Below the pieces are notes generated by a model that saw nothing but the letters and a program-made list of their open reading frames with translations, was not told the DNA's origin and made no database searches. Below, piece by piece: positions 1-11,655 of a stretch of 44,769 nt of DNA (its first letter is position 1; every line of letters begins with the position of its first letter). The position numbers and the translations under genes are program-made. Source of the DNA: Octopus bimaculoides (taxonomy: Eukaryota); contig NC_068995.1 in assembly GCF_001194135.2 (NCBI RefSeq), forward strand, positions 6,962,847-7,007,615, written 5' to 3'.

Positions 1-153
1 TATATATATTGGAGTGAGAGTGTGTGTGTGTACATGTGTGTCTATACATATATATATGTGCATACATGCACATAAAATTAACATCTAAATACTCAGAAAG
101 CTATATAAACATGCACAATCCCACACATGCTCTTGTATCATAAATAATGTATG

Positions 154-196
<43 letters not shown>

Positions 197-216
197 CTCT
201 CTCTCTCTCTCTCTCT

Positions 217-279
<63 letters not shown>

Positions 280-457
280 TGTATATACTAATAAAACCTA
301 TATAACGTTTATATGTATCTGTTTTGTAAATGTACAGGCACGTGCAGATGTGTTGGGTATATATGTATGATTTGCATAAACGCATATATCAACATGTGTA
401 CGTTCATATATATTCCTAAGCAAACATACACACAAATGTATATGTGTATATACCGAG

Positions 458-512
<55 letters not shown>

Positions 513-1364
513 GGTACATGCACACACACACACACACACACACACAGATATGTAAACATCTATAATTCATGTGTTCTATCTCTCTCTCTCTTTCTCTCTC
601 CTCCCCTTATAGGATTGGCACTGTGGCCAGGTTTTCTGGTTTTGTTTTTGTTTGGTCTTTTTGTTTTGTTTTTTTTGTTTGTTTTTTATTTGTCTGTTTT
701 CTTACTCTTACTTCATAACANNNNNNNNNNNNNNNNNNNNNNNNNNNNNNNNNNNNNNNNNNNNNNNNNNNNNNNNNNNNNNNNNNNNNNNNNNNNNNNN
801 NNNNNNNNNNNNNNNNNNNNNNNNNNNNNNNNNNNNNNNNNNNNNNNNNNNNNNNNNNNNNNNNNNNNNNNNNNNNNNNNNNNNNNNNNNNNNNNNNNNN
901 NNNNNNNNNNNNNNNNNNNNNNNNNNNNNNNNNNNNNNNNNNNNNNNNNNNNNNNNNNNNNNNNNNNNNNNNNNNNNNNNNNNNNNNNNNNNNNNNNNNN
1001 NNNNNNNNNNNNNNNNNNNNNNNNNNNNNNNNNNNNNNNNNNNNNNNNNNNNNNNNNNNNNNNNNNNNNNNNNNNNNNNNNNNNNNNNNNNNNNNNNNNN
1101 NNNNNNNNNNNNNNNNNNNNNNNNNNNNNNNNNNNNNNNNNNNNNNNNNNNNNNNNNNNNNNNNNNNNNNNNNNNNNNNNNNNNNNNNNNNCTGCCCTCT
1201 TCACACCCACCACTATATCTCTTTACTTACCTGTTAAATATCTATTTACTTACCTGTTCAATTCATCCGCCCCCCCCCATCCACCCACTTTCTATGCCTG
1301 TTGTTCCTGGGAGGGTCATGGGTGGGGTGGGGGGAGCAGATTCTATAGGCACCACTGCCATAAG

Positions 1365-1710
1365 GTTCTCCCAGAAGCAAATGTCATTACACTTCCTAGC
1401 TGGATTCTCTGAGACTGGATATTATCCATTGTCTCAGTTCTTCCTAGGGCTACCCTTAGGTCTCCTTGTTGTTGGCGCCATTTGAAGAACCGATCTTGTG
1501 ATTCTTTCTTCCAACATTCTAATCCCATGTTTGTAGTGCCAAAAACTGTGACCTCTCAATGTGGGGAAGTAGCAACTCAACTAATCTTTGAGCCTATGTA
1601 ATCTGTTGAATAATGTTATTCCAGAGATCCTTCGGAGGAATTCCATTTTGGCCACTTGTATTTGCGATTTTTTCTCTCTTTTGGTTATTGCCCCATATCC
1701 AATGACCATT
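1365..1710 (-). mobile_element. RTE-clade non-LTR retrotransposon relic (C-terminal RT region, frameshifted)
   Basis: Minus-strand translation gives SQIQVAKMEFLRRISGITLFNR..VELLLPHIERSQ..IRMLEERITRSVLQMAPTTRRPKGSPRKN*D. This fits the RTE C-terminal pattern RIQAAEMRFLRRI..IERSQLRWFGHV.RM..R.P.GRPR.RW.D, with stops and frameshifts. Confidence 0.8.
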
Positions 1711-1712
1711 GG

Positions 1713-1990
1713 ACCACTGCTAAGTGACGGGGACGTAAACACACTAGCATTGGTTGTCAAGTGATGTTGGGGGACAAACACAAACACTCAAACATATATG
1801 CACACACACACACATATACATATATATGACGGGCTTCTTTCAGTCTCTGTCTACCAAATCCACTCACAAGGCTTTGGTCAGCCCGAAGCTATAGTAGAAG
1901 ACATTTGCCCAAGGTGCCACGCAGTGTGACTGAACCTGGAACCATGTGGTTGGTAAGCAAGCTACTTACCACACAGCCACTCCTGCGCCT
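1713..1990 (-). mobile_element. tRNA-head SINE, family A
   Basis: Reverse complement of AGGCGCAGGAGTGGCTGTGTGGTAAGTAGC..GGTTCAGTC (A/B-box head) plus body; same family as 30316, 37561 and 42808. Confidence 0.9.
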
Positions 1991-2274
1991 ATATNNNNNN
2001 NNNNNNNNNNNNNNNNNNNNNNNNNNNNNNNNNNNNNNNNNNNNNNNNNNNNNNNNNNNNNNNNNNNNNNNNNNNNNNNNNNNNNNNNNNNNNNNNNNNN
2101 NNNNNNNNNNNNNNNNNNNNNNNNNNNNNNNNNNNNNNNNNNNNNNNNNNNNNNNNNNNNNNNNNNNNNNNNNNNNNNNNNNNNNNNNNNNNNNNNNNNN
2201 NNNNNNNNNNNNNNNNNNNNNNNNNNNNNNNNNNNNNNNNNNNNNNTTATGCTTGTGTGTACCTTTGTCTTGAC

Positions 2275-2492
2275 GTGTGGTGGTCGTAGACGAGGGTCAC
2301 CGTCATACAAGCAGTGTGGTTCATTTTCCAGTCTTTAATTGAAACGATGTCTGGCCATGGGGAAATATTACCTTGTCAGGAAACAGGTAAGGGATTGGCA
2401 ACAGGAAGAGCATCTGACTGTAGAAAAACCCGCCTCAAAGGATTCTGTCTGTCTCTTGATAAAAGTGGGTCTTAAATGATGATGATGATGAT
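2275..2492 (+). mobile_element. SINE-like repeat with (ATG)n tail (a reverse copy lies at about 21645-21730)
   Basis: GGGAAATATTACCTTG..GGCAACAGGAAGAGCATC..AAATGATGATGATG; the 3' end resembles family C. Confidence 0.6.
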
Positions 2493-3039
2493 TCCATTTC
2501 ACTAATGAGCTTTGCTTTCAGCTGAAGTTGCATAGTAGAGATTCTTGCCTAAGGTGTAATCAAAACTACTTAATTATGAAATGAACTTCTTAATGACACA
2601 GCCATATTTACGGTTAATTATCACAAGTGGTGTGAATTAATTAATGCAACTGGTATAAATTTCTTCATTACCTTAATTAGTTAGTAATATTTTCTGCCTC
2701 ATTGTGTCATTGTTCAGCCCTAGGTTAGCTCAGTTAGAATTACTCCACCTGTGACCATTCTGTCTTTTTTTCTAATTGATGTATTCAGATCTTTGTCATC
2801 CAGTCTGTCCTTCATTTCTGTTATTTGAAGGAGATTTAGCTGCTATTTATGGCACATTGAGCTACCAGTTAATATTTCTGCACACCACACATACATTAGG
2901 AAACTGAAGTTCAATTTAAAGTGGTTAAGCTACAAGTTTTAAGTATTTCGCTGTGGAACTTTAAACAAATGTAAATACATTTTGGTATTCCCTTTGTACA
3001 TGGGGGTGTGAGTGTGGAAATAGAGGAAATGCTTCTTTA

Positions 3040-3375
3040 TTGTGGTGTTGGTGATGGTGGTCGTATGACAGTAGCGTGGTGGTGTTGGTGGTAGTGCTAC
3101 TACCACTGTTGTTGTAGCGATAACATGGTGGTAGTAGTGGAACCGCTGTTGTGGTTATAGTACTACTATGGTGGCGGTGATGGTGGTGGTTGTAGCACCA
3201 CTGTTATGATTATAGCAATATTGCATGAGTGGTTGTAGTACTACCACTGTTGTGTCTATAGTAACATTGTGGTAAGGGTGGTAGTCGTAGTAGTAGTAGT
3301 AGTACTATTACTACTACTACTTCCAGCACTACCACCACTACTACTACTAGTACCACCACTGTTGTGGTTGTGGTG
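3040..3375. repeat. Degenerate GTG/GTA/CTA trinucleotide low-complexity tract
   Basis: Runs of GGT, GTA, CTA and CCA triplets. Confidence 0.85.
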
Positions 3376-3726
3376 GCCAAATATGAGTTGTGAAGATGGT
3401 AGATTGGTAATTATTTATCAAGGGAGAATAACGAGATATTTTGGATTCGCTTCAGCTTCTCTATATTTTTTTTGTATTTCCTTTTTAATTACAAACAAGG
3501 GATACCAACCAACCAACCGAGCAACCAGCCAGCCAGCTAGGTAGATGTTAAGTGAAGTGGTAGGGTTATTAAGTGTTTATTGCAGAATAAAGATGGTGGT
3601 GGTGGTGGAGAAGGGGAGGACATTTCAGCTGGGGTGGAGTGTGGTGGGTGTGCCTACACGTCAGTTCTAAGGCAAATCACACTTGAAATGTGATGGAAAT
3701 GGGAGTAGGATTACAGTTGTTGAATG

Positions 3727-4152
3727 GAGGTGAGACTGTGAGTGCACTCATCTGAGGTGAGACTGGCTGCACTCACACAGGAGGAGACGGGCTGCACTCA
3801 AACAGGGCAGGACGGGCTGCACTCACACAGGACAAGATGGGCTACACTCACACAGGACAGGACGGGCTGCGCTTACACAAGACAGGACGGGCTGCACTCA
3901 CAGAGGATGAGATGGGCTGCGCTCTCATAGGACGAAACGGGCTGCGCTCTCATAGGACGAAACGGGCTGCGCTCACATAGGACGGGACGGGCTGCACTCA
4001 CATAGGACGGGATGGGCTGCACTCACACAGGACGGGATGGGCTGCACTCACATAGGAATGGACAGGCTGTGCTCACATAGGACGAGACAGGCTGCGCTCA
4101 CAGAACGGGACGGGCTGCACTCGCACAGGACGGGTTACACTCACCACAGGAC
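3727..4152. repeat. GC-rich 25-bp minisatellite, about 17 units (GGACGGGACGGGCTGCACTCACAYA)
   Basis: The core recurs with an exact 25-bp period from 3743 to 4093, then after a 2-nt deletion at 4116. Confidence 0.95.
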
Positions 4153-4547
4153 AAGCTATGTAAGCATGCATTTTCTCACCCAATAACCACTCACACATAC
4201 ATAACTTACTCTTAAATATATACACATAAGTAACCACTAACACATGCACACGCATACACATACATACATGCGTACATAAATATCCACATGCATAAATAGC
4301 TACAAACACACACATGTAATTGTAAACATAGTCGCATCCAGAGAAGAGATAAAAATTACGATCGTGTAATCTATGCTTATTGTTAATTATCTGTTTATTA
4401 ATCTTGCTTCATTGAAGTTTTTTTCTTTACTTCTCTGTCACTGATCAAAGAACTAGAGACGCTAATCAGGTTTTAATGAAGATTAAAGTGGTTGATTGAC
4501 TCTGGGACTGTTGATGGAATATAAACGGCTGATCCGGTACATATATT

Positions 4548-4591
<44 letters not shown>

Positions 4592-5737
4592 GGAGGTGAC
4601 ATTCAGTGATGAGGACGATGATAGTGGCGGTGTTAATGATGATGATGATGGTGGTGGTTATATATTACGATGTGTAAACATGGTAACAGATGATAATGTG
4701 GCAGGTGATGATGTGTTTTGCAAAGATCAATGAATATGATGCTAATGTGTTGTGTGGTGGTGATGGTGGTGGTGGTGTGTGTGTCTTCTGGTGTAGNNNN
4801 NNNNNNNNNNNNNNNNNNNNNNNNNNNNNNNNNNNNNNNNNNNNNNNNNNNNNNNNNNNNNNNNNNNNNNNNNNNNNNNNNNNNNNNNNNNNNNNNNNNN
4901 NNNNNNNNNNNNNNNNNNNNNNNNNNNNNNNNNNNNNNNNNNNNNNNNNNNNNNNNNNNNNNNNNNNNNNNNNNNNNNNNNNNNNNNNNNNNNNNNNNNN
5001 NNNNNNNNNNNNNNNNNNNNNNNNNNNNNNNNNNNNNNNNNNNNNNNNNNNNNNNNNNNNNNNNNNNNNNNNNNNNNNNNNNNNNNNNNNNNNNNNNNNN
5101 NNNNNNNNNNNNNNNNNNNNNNNNNNNNNNNNNNNNNNNNNNNNNNNNNNNNNNNNNNNNNNNNNNNNNTAAGCCTAGCACTTATTCAGTCTTCAGTTGA
5201 TAAAATAGATACCAGTTATGTACTGGGATCGATCTGATGAGCTAGTCTCCCCCCCCTCCCAAATGTGTGGCCTTCTGCCACATTGGGACATTTAGCTGCT
5301 ACCTCTAACAAGTTTTGTGTGTGTGTGATGATTTCATTGGTTTGATCACTGAGCTTGTTGTTTAGCCCAAGGTGGTCTTAATTGAGTAGACTTATGATCA
5401 AAGACGTTCCAGATGTGACCATCTTGGATTAAATTATCCAATGTAGCCGTCCTTTACTAATATAAATAATATGTGATTTGTGGGAGACTTGACAGTGGTT
5501 GAATGACTACATATAGATTATATTGTTGGTTTGCAGCCTTTGAGATTGGTAAAATACCAGTAATATGCTGGTGATGGGTTTAATCATTCGATCTATTCCT
5601 TATCAAGGATGGAATTTCTTCCTGATACTATAAAGAAATTAACATGAAAATAAAAAAACAAAGGTATAAGACATTCTTTTTATGAAGAAAGCTTAGAAAA
5701 TGTAGAAAGATTTAAGCACTTATAGATAGGAATTAAG

Positions 5738-5786
<49 letters not shown>

Positions 5787-5995
5787 CACACACACCACAT
5801 ACACATACACACAAAATGTCGAAAGCAGTTGTAATAGAATGGAAAAAATAAAATGGTAATATGCAAAAATATCTATTTAGATATCGAAGAATATATTGGT
5901 AAAAATTTTTAAGAGTAGAAAATAGAGAGAAAAACAAACCAATGTAATGTATAGAATATTCTAAGATTTGTTAATACTGACAGCAAAAATATGTT

Positions 5996-6434
5996 CTTTT
6001 CTACTCTAGGCACAAGGCCTGAAATTTTGGGGGAGGGGTCCAGTTGATTAGATCGACCTCAGTATGCAACTGGTACTTAATTTATCGACTCTGAGGGAGA
6101 TGAAAGACAAAGTCGACCTTGGCAGAATTTGAACTCAGAACGCAAAGACAGACAAAATACCGCTAAGCACTTCACCCAGTGTGCTAATGTTTCTGCCAGC
6201 TTGCTACCTTAATAATATTCTTTTCTACTTTAGGCACAAGGCCTGAAATTTTTTTGGAGGGGGGCCAGTTGATTAGATCAACCTCAGTATGCAACGAGTA
6301 CTTAATTTATGAACCCTGAGAGGATGAAAGGCAAAGTCGACCTTGGCGGAATTTGAACTCAGAACGTAAAGACAGACAAAGTACCTCTAATCATTTCGCT
6401 CAACATGCTAATGTTTCTGCCAGCTCACCACCTT
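5996..6434 (-). mobile_element. Tandem dimer of SINE family B
   Basis: Two consecutive reverse copies (about 5996-6212 and 6213-6434) of AAGG..AGCTGGCAGAAAC..GAGTTCAAATTC..GGCCTTGTGCCTA..AGTAGAAAAG. Confidence 0.9.
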
Positions 6435-6609
6435 AGCAAAAAATATGTTAAGAATTTGGGGTTTTGTTTTGAAGTTGAGGGAAGATGCATGGGCCTTGGG
6501 ATTAGGGTATTGCATTCATGATTGCAAGATTGTGGTTTCAATTCCCAGATCTGGCTGTTTAACACCTGGCTTCTGTGTTGACCTAGGTTGAATGGTTCAA
6601 CAAGGTCTG

Positions 6610-6810
6610 ACTACAGTTCTATATTTAAGAGATGTGGAATTATGTACATTATTTACATTATGTACATTTGACGGATATTTGTCCTCATCTTGTTTGTTGT
6701 TAACACAACGTTTTGGCTGATATACCCTCCAGCCTTCATCAGGTGTCTTGGGGAAATTTCAAACCTGGGTTCTCATTCCTAAGGTATTTTTCAATGTTGC
6801 CTTCTATTAT
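6610..6810 (-). mobile_element. Penelope-associated or SINE-like fragment carrying a hammerhead motif
   Basis: Contains the antisense ACGTTT(C/T)GGCTG..CAGCCTTCATCAGG signature typical of Penelope-like element repeats. Confidence 0.6.
6702..6747 (-). ncRNA. Minimal type I hammerhead ribozyme, G12 mutated to A (probably inactive copy)
   Basis: Minus strand reads GACAC CTGATGA A GGCTG gagggtatat CAGCC AAAA CG TT GTGTT: stem I GACAC/GTGTT, core CUGAUGA, 5-bp stem II, palindromic ACGU helix III. Confidence 0.7.
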
Positions 6811-7689
6811 AACTCCTGGCTGACTAAAGACTTGTTAGAAAGTGAAAGAAACCTGTGTGTGTGTTTGCATTGTGTTTGTCCCCAACCATTGCCTGACAAT
6901 CAGTGGTGGTTTGTTTACATTCTTGTAACTTAGTGGTTTGGCAATAGGGATTGATATAAGTATTAAGCTTAAAAAATAAGTACCAAGATTGATTTATTTG
7001 ACTAATCACCTCTAGGTGGTGCTCCAGCATGGCTACACTTCAGTGACTAAAACAAAATATAGAGGATAATAACTTTGTTTTTATGAAACCGTTGTTTGAA
7101 GCATTACTATGGACAAAATTCAATCCAGTTATGGCCATCCCAACTATTTTCAAACTTCTGTAGACAGTATCCGATTTCTATCTGATTTCTCCTTTTAAAG
7201 TCAGCAAGGTCTGGTTTGAGGGAGATTTGATTGCTATTTCAAGCAGATTTAGTGACCACATAGAGGCGTCTTCTTTGGTTCCTTCAGTGTCAACTGGTTT
7301 GCAAGACACACAATTAAAAAAAGCAAGGCAGGAGAGAAAGAGAGTTGATTGAATTAACCTCAGATCATTCATTTTTATTGACCTTGAAGAGATAAGTTAA
7401 GGTTGACCTCAGCATGATTTGAACTCGGAATCTAGAAAGGATGTAACCGAATACCACAAAGCAGTCAAGTCTGCCTTCCCTTGAGATTTTGCTACTGTCT
7501 CCCCACTCTTATGCTGGTACACACACACACACACGCGCGTTCACACACTCACACACTTACACATACACACAATCACACAGACATTCACTTACACACACAC
7601 ACACACACTCTCACTCACACTGCCCCCCCCCCCACTGATAATCATCTTCAACATTATTACTGATTAGAGAGATATTGATTAAACATGAC

Positions 7690-8103
7690 AGTGCTGCCTG
7701 ATTGGCACTTGTGCCAGTGGAACGTTAGAAGTGCTATCCAAGTGTGATCGTTGCCAGCGTCGCCTTACTGGCACATGTACCGGTGGCACATGAAAAAACA
7801 ACATTCGAGCGTGGTTGTTGCCAGTGCCGCTGGACTGGCTCCCGTGCAGGTAACCCATAAAAAACACCTTTTGAGCGTGGTCGTTGCCAGAACCACCTAA
7901 CTGGCCCTCGTGCTAGTGACACATAAAAGGCACCCATTACACTCATGGAGTGCTTGGCATTAAGGAAGGGCATCCAGTTGTAGAAACTTTGCCAGATCAG
8001 ATTGGAACCTGGTGCAGCCTTCTGATTCACCAGTCCTCAGTCAAACCGTCCAACCCATGCCAGCATGGAAAGCGGACGTTAAACGATGATGATGATGATG
8101 ATG
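7690..8103 (+). mobile_element. SINE-like family C with internal ~57-bp subrepeats and (GAT)n tail
   Basis: ..TTGGCATTAAGGAAGGGCATCCAGTTGTAGAAAC..CCAACCCATGCCAGCATGGAAAGCGGACGTTAAACGATGATG; other copies at 13191(-), 38262(+) and 44439(-). Confidence 0.9.
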
Positions 8104-9772
8104 GTAGAGAGAGAAAGAGATGTAGTAGCCTTTATTCTTTTCCTAAAGGCTATAAGATCAGTGAATGCAGTGATTTACAGTTTGTAGTTTTTGGTTTTGA
8201 ATTTAAATTCTGTATTGTGTGTGTGTATGTATGTGATTGGTTGGCATGTGTAGTTTGTATGTGATGTGATGTGTGTGTGTGTGTGTGTGTGTACGTAGGT
8301 TGTGTGGTTGTCTTTTTAGCATATGTGTGTGGTGTGTGTATGTAGATTGTCTGTGATTGTGTGGTTGTTTCGTGTGTGTGTGTATACTTGTAGTGTGTGT
8401 GTGTGTGTGTGTGATTATATATTCCACTTTTTACTAGTACGGAACCCATTGTAGAAGTGTTTCAGTGTCAAAAACTACGACCCACAATTTTTTCGTATGT
8501 AGGAAGGTCGGCAGTTGTGGCATGCATGCCTCTCTCGGTGATAAGACAGACGAGGCACGAACACTCAAAGTTAGATAGCAGCGGAATTGGTTCTTCTTTC
8601 ACCAAGAACTTACCACTACCGAATTGCCTCTATACACACACACACACACACACAATATGTAGGTGTGTGTGTGTAAGAGAGAGAGAGCGCACTTCTCCTG
8701 AGGTGAGAGTTATAATAACTTTATTGTTTGATCTTGTGCAACATCAAACAGACTTGGAGTTGTTTGATAAAATGTTTTAGGCTGGGTCAGTATCAAAAAC
8801 AGAACATCTGTAGTATGTGTGTGTGTGTGTGTGTGTGGACAAGAAGGCCACAGTTAATTATAACTGATAATTTTCCTGTCTATTTTAAGGGCAACAACAA
8901 CATTCAACTTTGCCAAATTATATTTGGATGTTATAATGCTACAGTCTCGGTCCCTACATTATTGCACTCTACCCTGGCTCCAACAGCCACCCTCACCCCT
9001 CCCGCCACGAGCATTATCTTTTTCTTTCTTTTTTCTTTTTGTTTATATTTTCGTAATTTTTTTTTAGTTTTTTTCTGAATTTATTTTTAGATCCACTTTA
9101 AGCATGAATTTCACTGAAAATTTCACTATTTGTCTTTGTTCTCAAACACCCTCAACACCACCACACAATCTTCTTCCCACTTCCCACCCCACCCCCATTT
9201 TGTTTTCTTNNNNNNNNNNTTCTCAAACACCCTCAACACCACCACACAATCTTCTTCCCACTTCCCACCCCACCCCCATTTTGTTTTCTTACCCAGCACC
9301 TCCTCCTCCTGGCACTCTTTCGATCAAAGAAAAAAAAAACGAATCTGATTTCAAAAATATCTGAATCATCTTTGTTTGTCATAATCACCATCATCATCAT
9401 CATCATCCTATTTCTGTTGTTGTTTAGTTCCAGGTCAAACCAGCTCATGCAAGCCTATGATCAAAGACATTCCAACCATGACCTTCATTTTTATTTATCA
9501 AGTATCTAAGGTCCCATTATTCCCTCCAATATTATATACCATTTATCTAACAGTTCTGTTACCATGTTTCTGTTAAAATTACTTTGCCGTTTTTTTTCAA
9601 TTATTTTTGAAAATAATAAAGACTTCACTGAAGTAACTTTGTCATTACTAAGCTTTTGGGACATGAATTAGCATCAAATTTTGCTGGAAGGTTTTTAATT
9701 TAATTCATTTTAAATCGGTAAGTTTTGTATCATAGAACCTGATTTGTTTTGGGCAGGCTGGAATCAAAATGG

Positions 9773-9955
9773 TTAACACTTTAGTATTTAAACTGACCAC
9801 TTCCAGCCCAAATATTTTACTTGTTTTTTGTGCAAGCTGGCCATATCTGGCCTCTCACAACTACCCTACAATGTCAATTTAAAAATGAACAATCACAAGA
9901 TCAAAATCTCAAAGCTAAGAGATATTACCTGATTAATTCAAAACAATGTGAATAG
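9773..9955 (+). mobile_element. piggyBac-like MITE fragment (family G)
   Basis: Starts TTAA-CACTTTAGTATTT; homologous to 32257-32447 and 36440-36611, whose ends read TTAACCCTTTAGCATT and ATGCTAAAAGGTTAA. Confidence 0.7.
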
Positions 9956-10326
9956 CCCGTGCGGTGGCACGTAAAAGTGCCATACTGTGCCACGTGAAAG
10001 CCTTCAGCACAATCTGGAAAGTGGTTGGTGTTAGAAAGGACATGTCATATATGAGTGCATTCTCACACACTCACACATACATGAAGGTGTTCACACACAT
10101 ACATAATCTTGCATTTGAATATAAGACCACACAGTCTCTCTCTCTCTCTCTCTCACATTCATTTCATATGACTTGTATGAGTGCACACACACACACAGAT
10201 GTGTACATATGCATGCATTAACATGCATACATGGATACACATGCACATGTTCACATGCATATGCATTTATACGACCAAATCTCATATTTTTATTTCTCAT
10301 ACAATTGCAAAACCCCAGGGCTGCAA

Positions 10327-10376
<50 letters not shown>

Positions 10377-11102
10377 AAGGAGTGAAATTAAGTAATATCA
10401 GCCCCTTTCTTAATGAGATGTGCTGTCAGTGATGTTAAATTAAGGAATGGTAACAGTATCATCTCAGAACATCTTACCTTTCCCACATTCTATAGAAATA
10501 ACTCTTACCTCTACCTGGATTGCGTGAATCACCCAACTGTCAAATGAAAGCAGGTGTGCATATGTGCGTGCATGCATGCGTGTGTGTGTGTGTGNNNNNN
10601 NNNNNNNNNNNNNNNNNNNNNNNNNNNNNNNNNNNNNNNNNNNNNNNNNNNNNNNNNNNNNNNNNNNNNNNNNNNNNNNNNNNNNNNNNNNNNNNNNNNN
10701 NNNNNNNNNNNNNNNNNNNNNNNNNNNNNNNNNNNNNNNNNNNNNNNNNNNNNNNNNNNNNNNNNNNNNNNNNNNNNNNNNNNNNNNNNNNNNNNNNNNN
10801 NNNNNNNNNNNNNNNNNNNNNNNNNNNNNNNNNNNNNNNNNNNNNNNNNNNNNNNNNNNNNNNNNNNNNNNNNNNNNNNNNNNNNNNNNNNNNNNNNNNN
10901 NNNNNNNNNNNNNNNNNNNNNNNNNNNNNNNNNNNNNNNNNNNNNNNNNNNNNNNNNNNNNNNNNNNNNNNNNNNNNNNNNNNNNNNNNNNNNNNNNNNN
11001 NNNNNNNNNNNNNNNNNNNNNNNNNNNNNNNNNGTGGAATTATTGTGCTGTAAACCAGACCAAATTCTTCCCCACTAAAAATATTTCAGTTGTGTATTTT
11101 AC

Positions 11103-11141
11103 TGAGTCACTGAGTCATTGAGTCACTGAGTCATTGAGTCA
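11103..11141. repeat. 8-bp tandem repeat of five TGAGTCA (AP-1) heptamers
   Basis: TGAGTCA at 11103, 11111, 11119, 11127 and 11135, with alternating C/T spacers. Confidence 0.95.
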
Positions 11142-11484
11142 TTGCTACAAGTGGGCGAATGGGCGGGTGGGAGGTGTCTTGAAAGTTCCAGAGACTAATG
11201 CTATGTATAACAGATATGGTGTTTGTGTATGTGTGTGGCTTGGTTTATGTATTTGTGGGAGTGTATTTATATATGTGTATCAATGTGTAGTTTGTGCGTG
11301 TGTGTGTGTGTATATGGTTGTGCACTTACCGGTGCTTGAATGAGTGTCTGTGTGTGCATATATATATATTTCAACATGCAGTTTTATGTGTGTGCATGTG
11401 TATGTATTTATGTCTTCAGACATAAAGAGACATGCTTTGAATCTGTCTTTGTGTGTGTGTATATCATATCTTCTGGCATCGTAG

Positions 11485-11655
11485 TCGAATTTTTCTGACC
11501 AAAATTTACAGCCAAAAATGGAAGGTCAAATGGACTTTGGAGGACCAAAAATTCCATGTGAAGTGCAGTAGAATTCGGAAAGACAGTGACAATATTTAAA
11601 TGTTTACACTAAATACTATGTTGAATTCTATGCTGGAAAATATGGTACCTGTACC
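11485..11655 (+). repeat. Old dispersed repeat, diverged partner at about 22270-22455
   Basis: Collinear shared blocks GAATTT.TC.G..CAAAATT.ACA, GAC..AAAATTCCA.GTGAA, ATATTT.AATGTTTACACTA and GAAAATA..GTA. Confidence 0.6.

Noticed and set aside
1222-1258. Two minus-strand AACAG|GTAAGTAAA motifs 23 nt apart
   Set aside because: No good pyrimidine tract; it looks like a short local duplication next to the LINE relic.
3727-4152. Regular repeat array as a possible CRISPR
   Set aside because: No unique spacers, no cas genes, eukaryotic context; it is a plain tandem repeat.
9139-9290. Exact 71-bp direct repeat on either side of a 10-N gap
   Set aside because: Typical unmerged contig overlap; most likely an assembly artefact.
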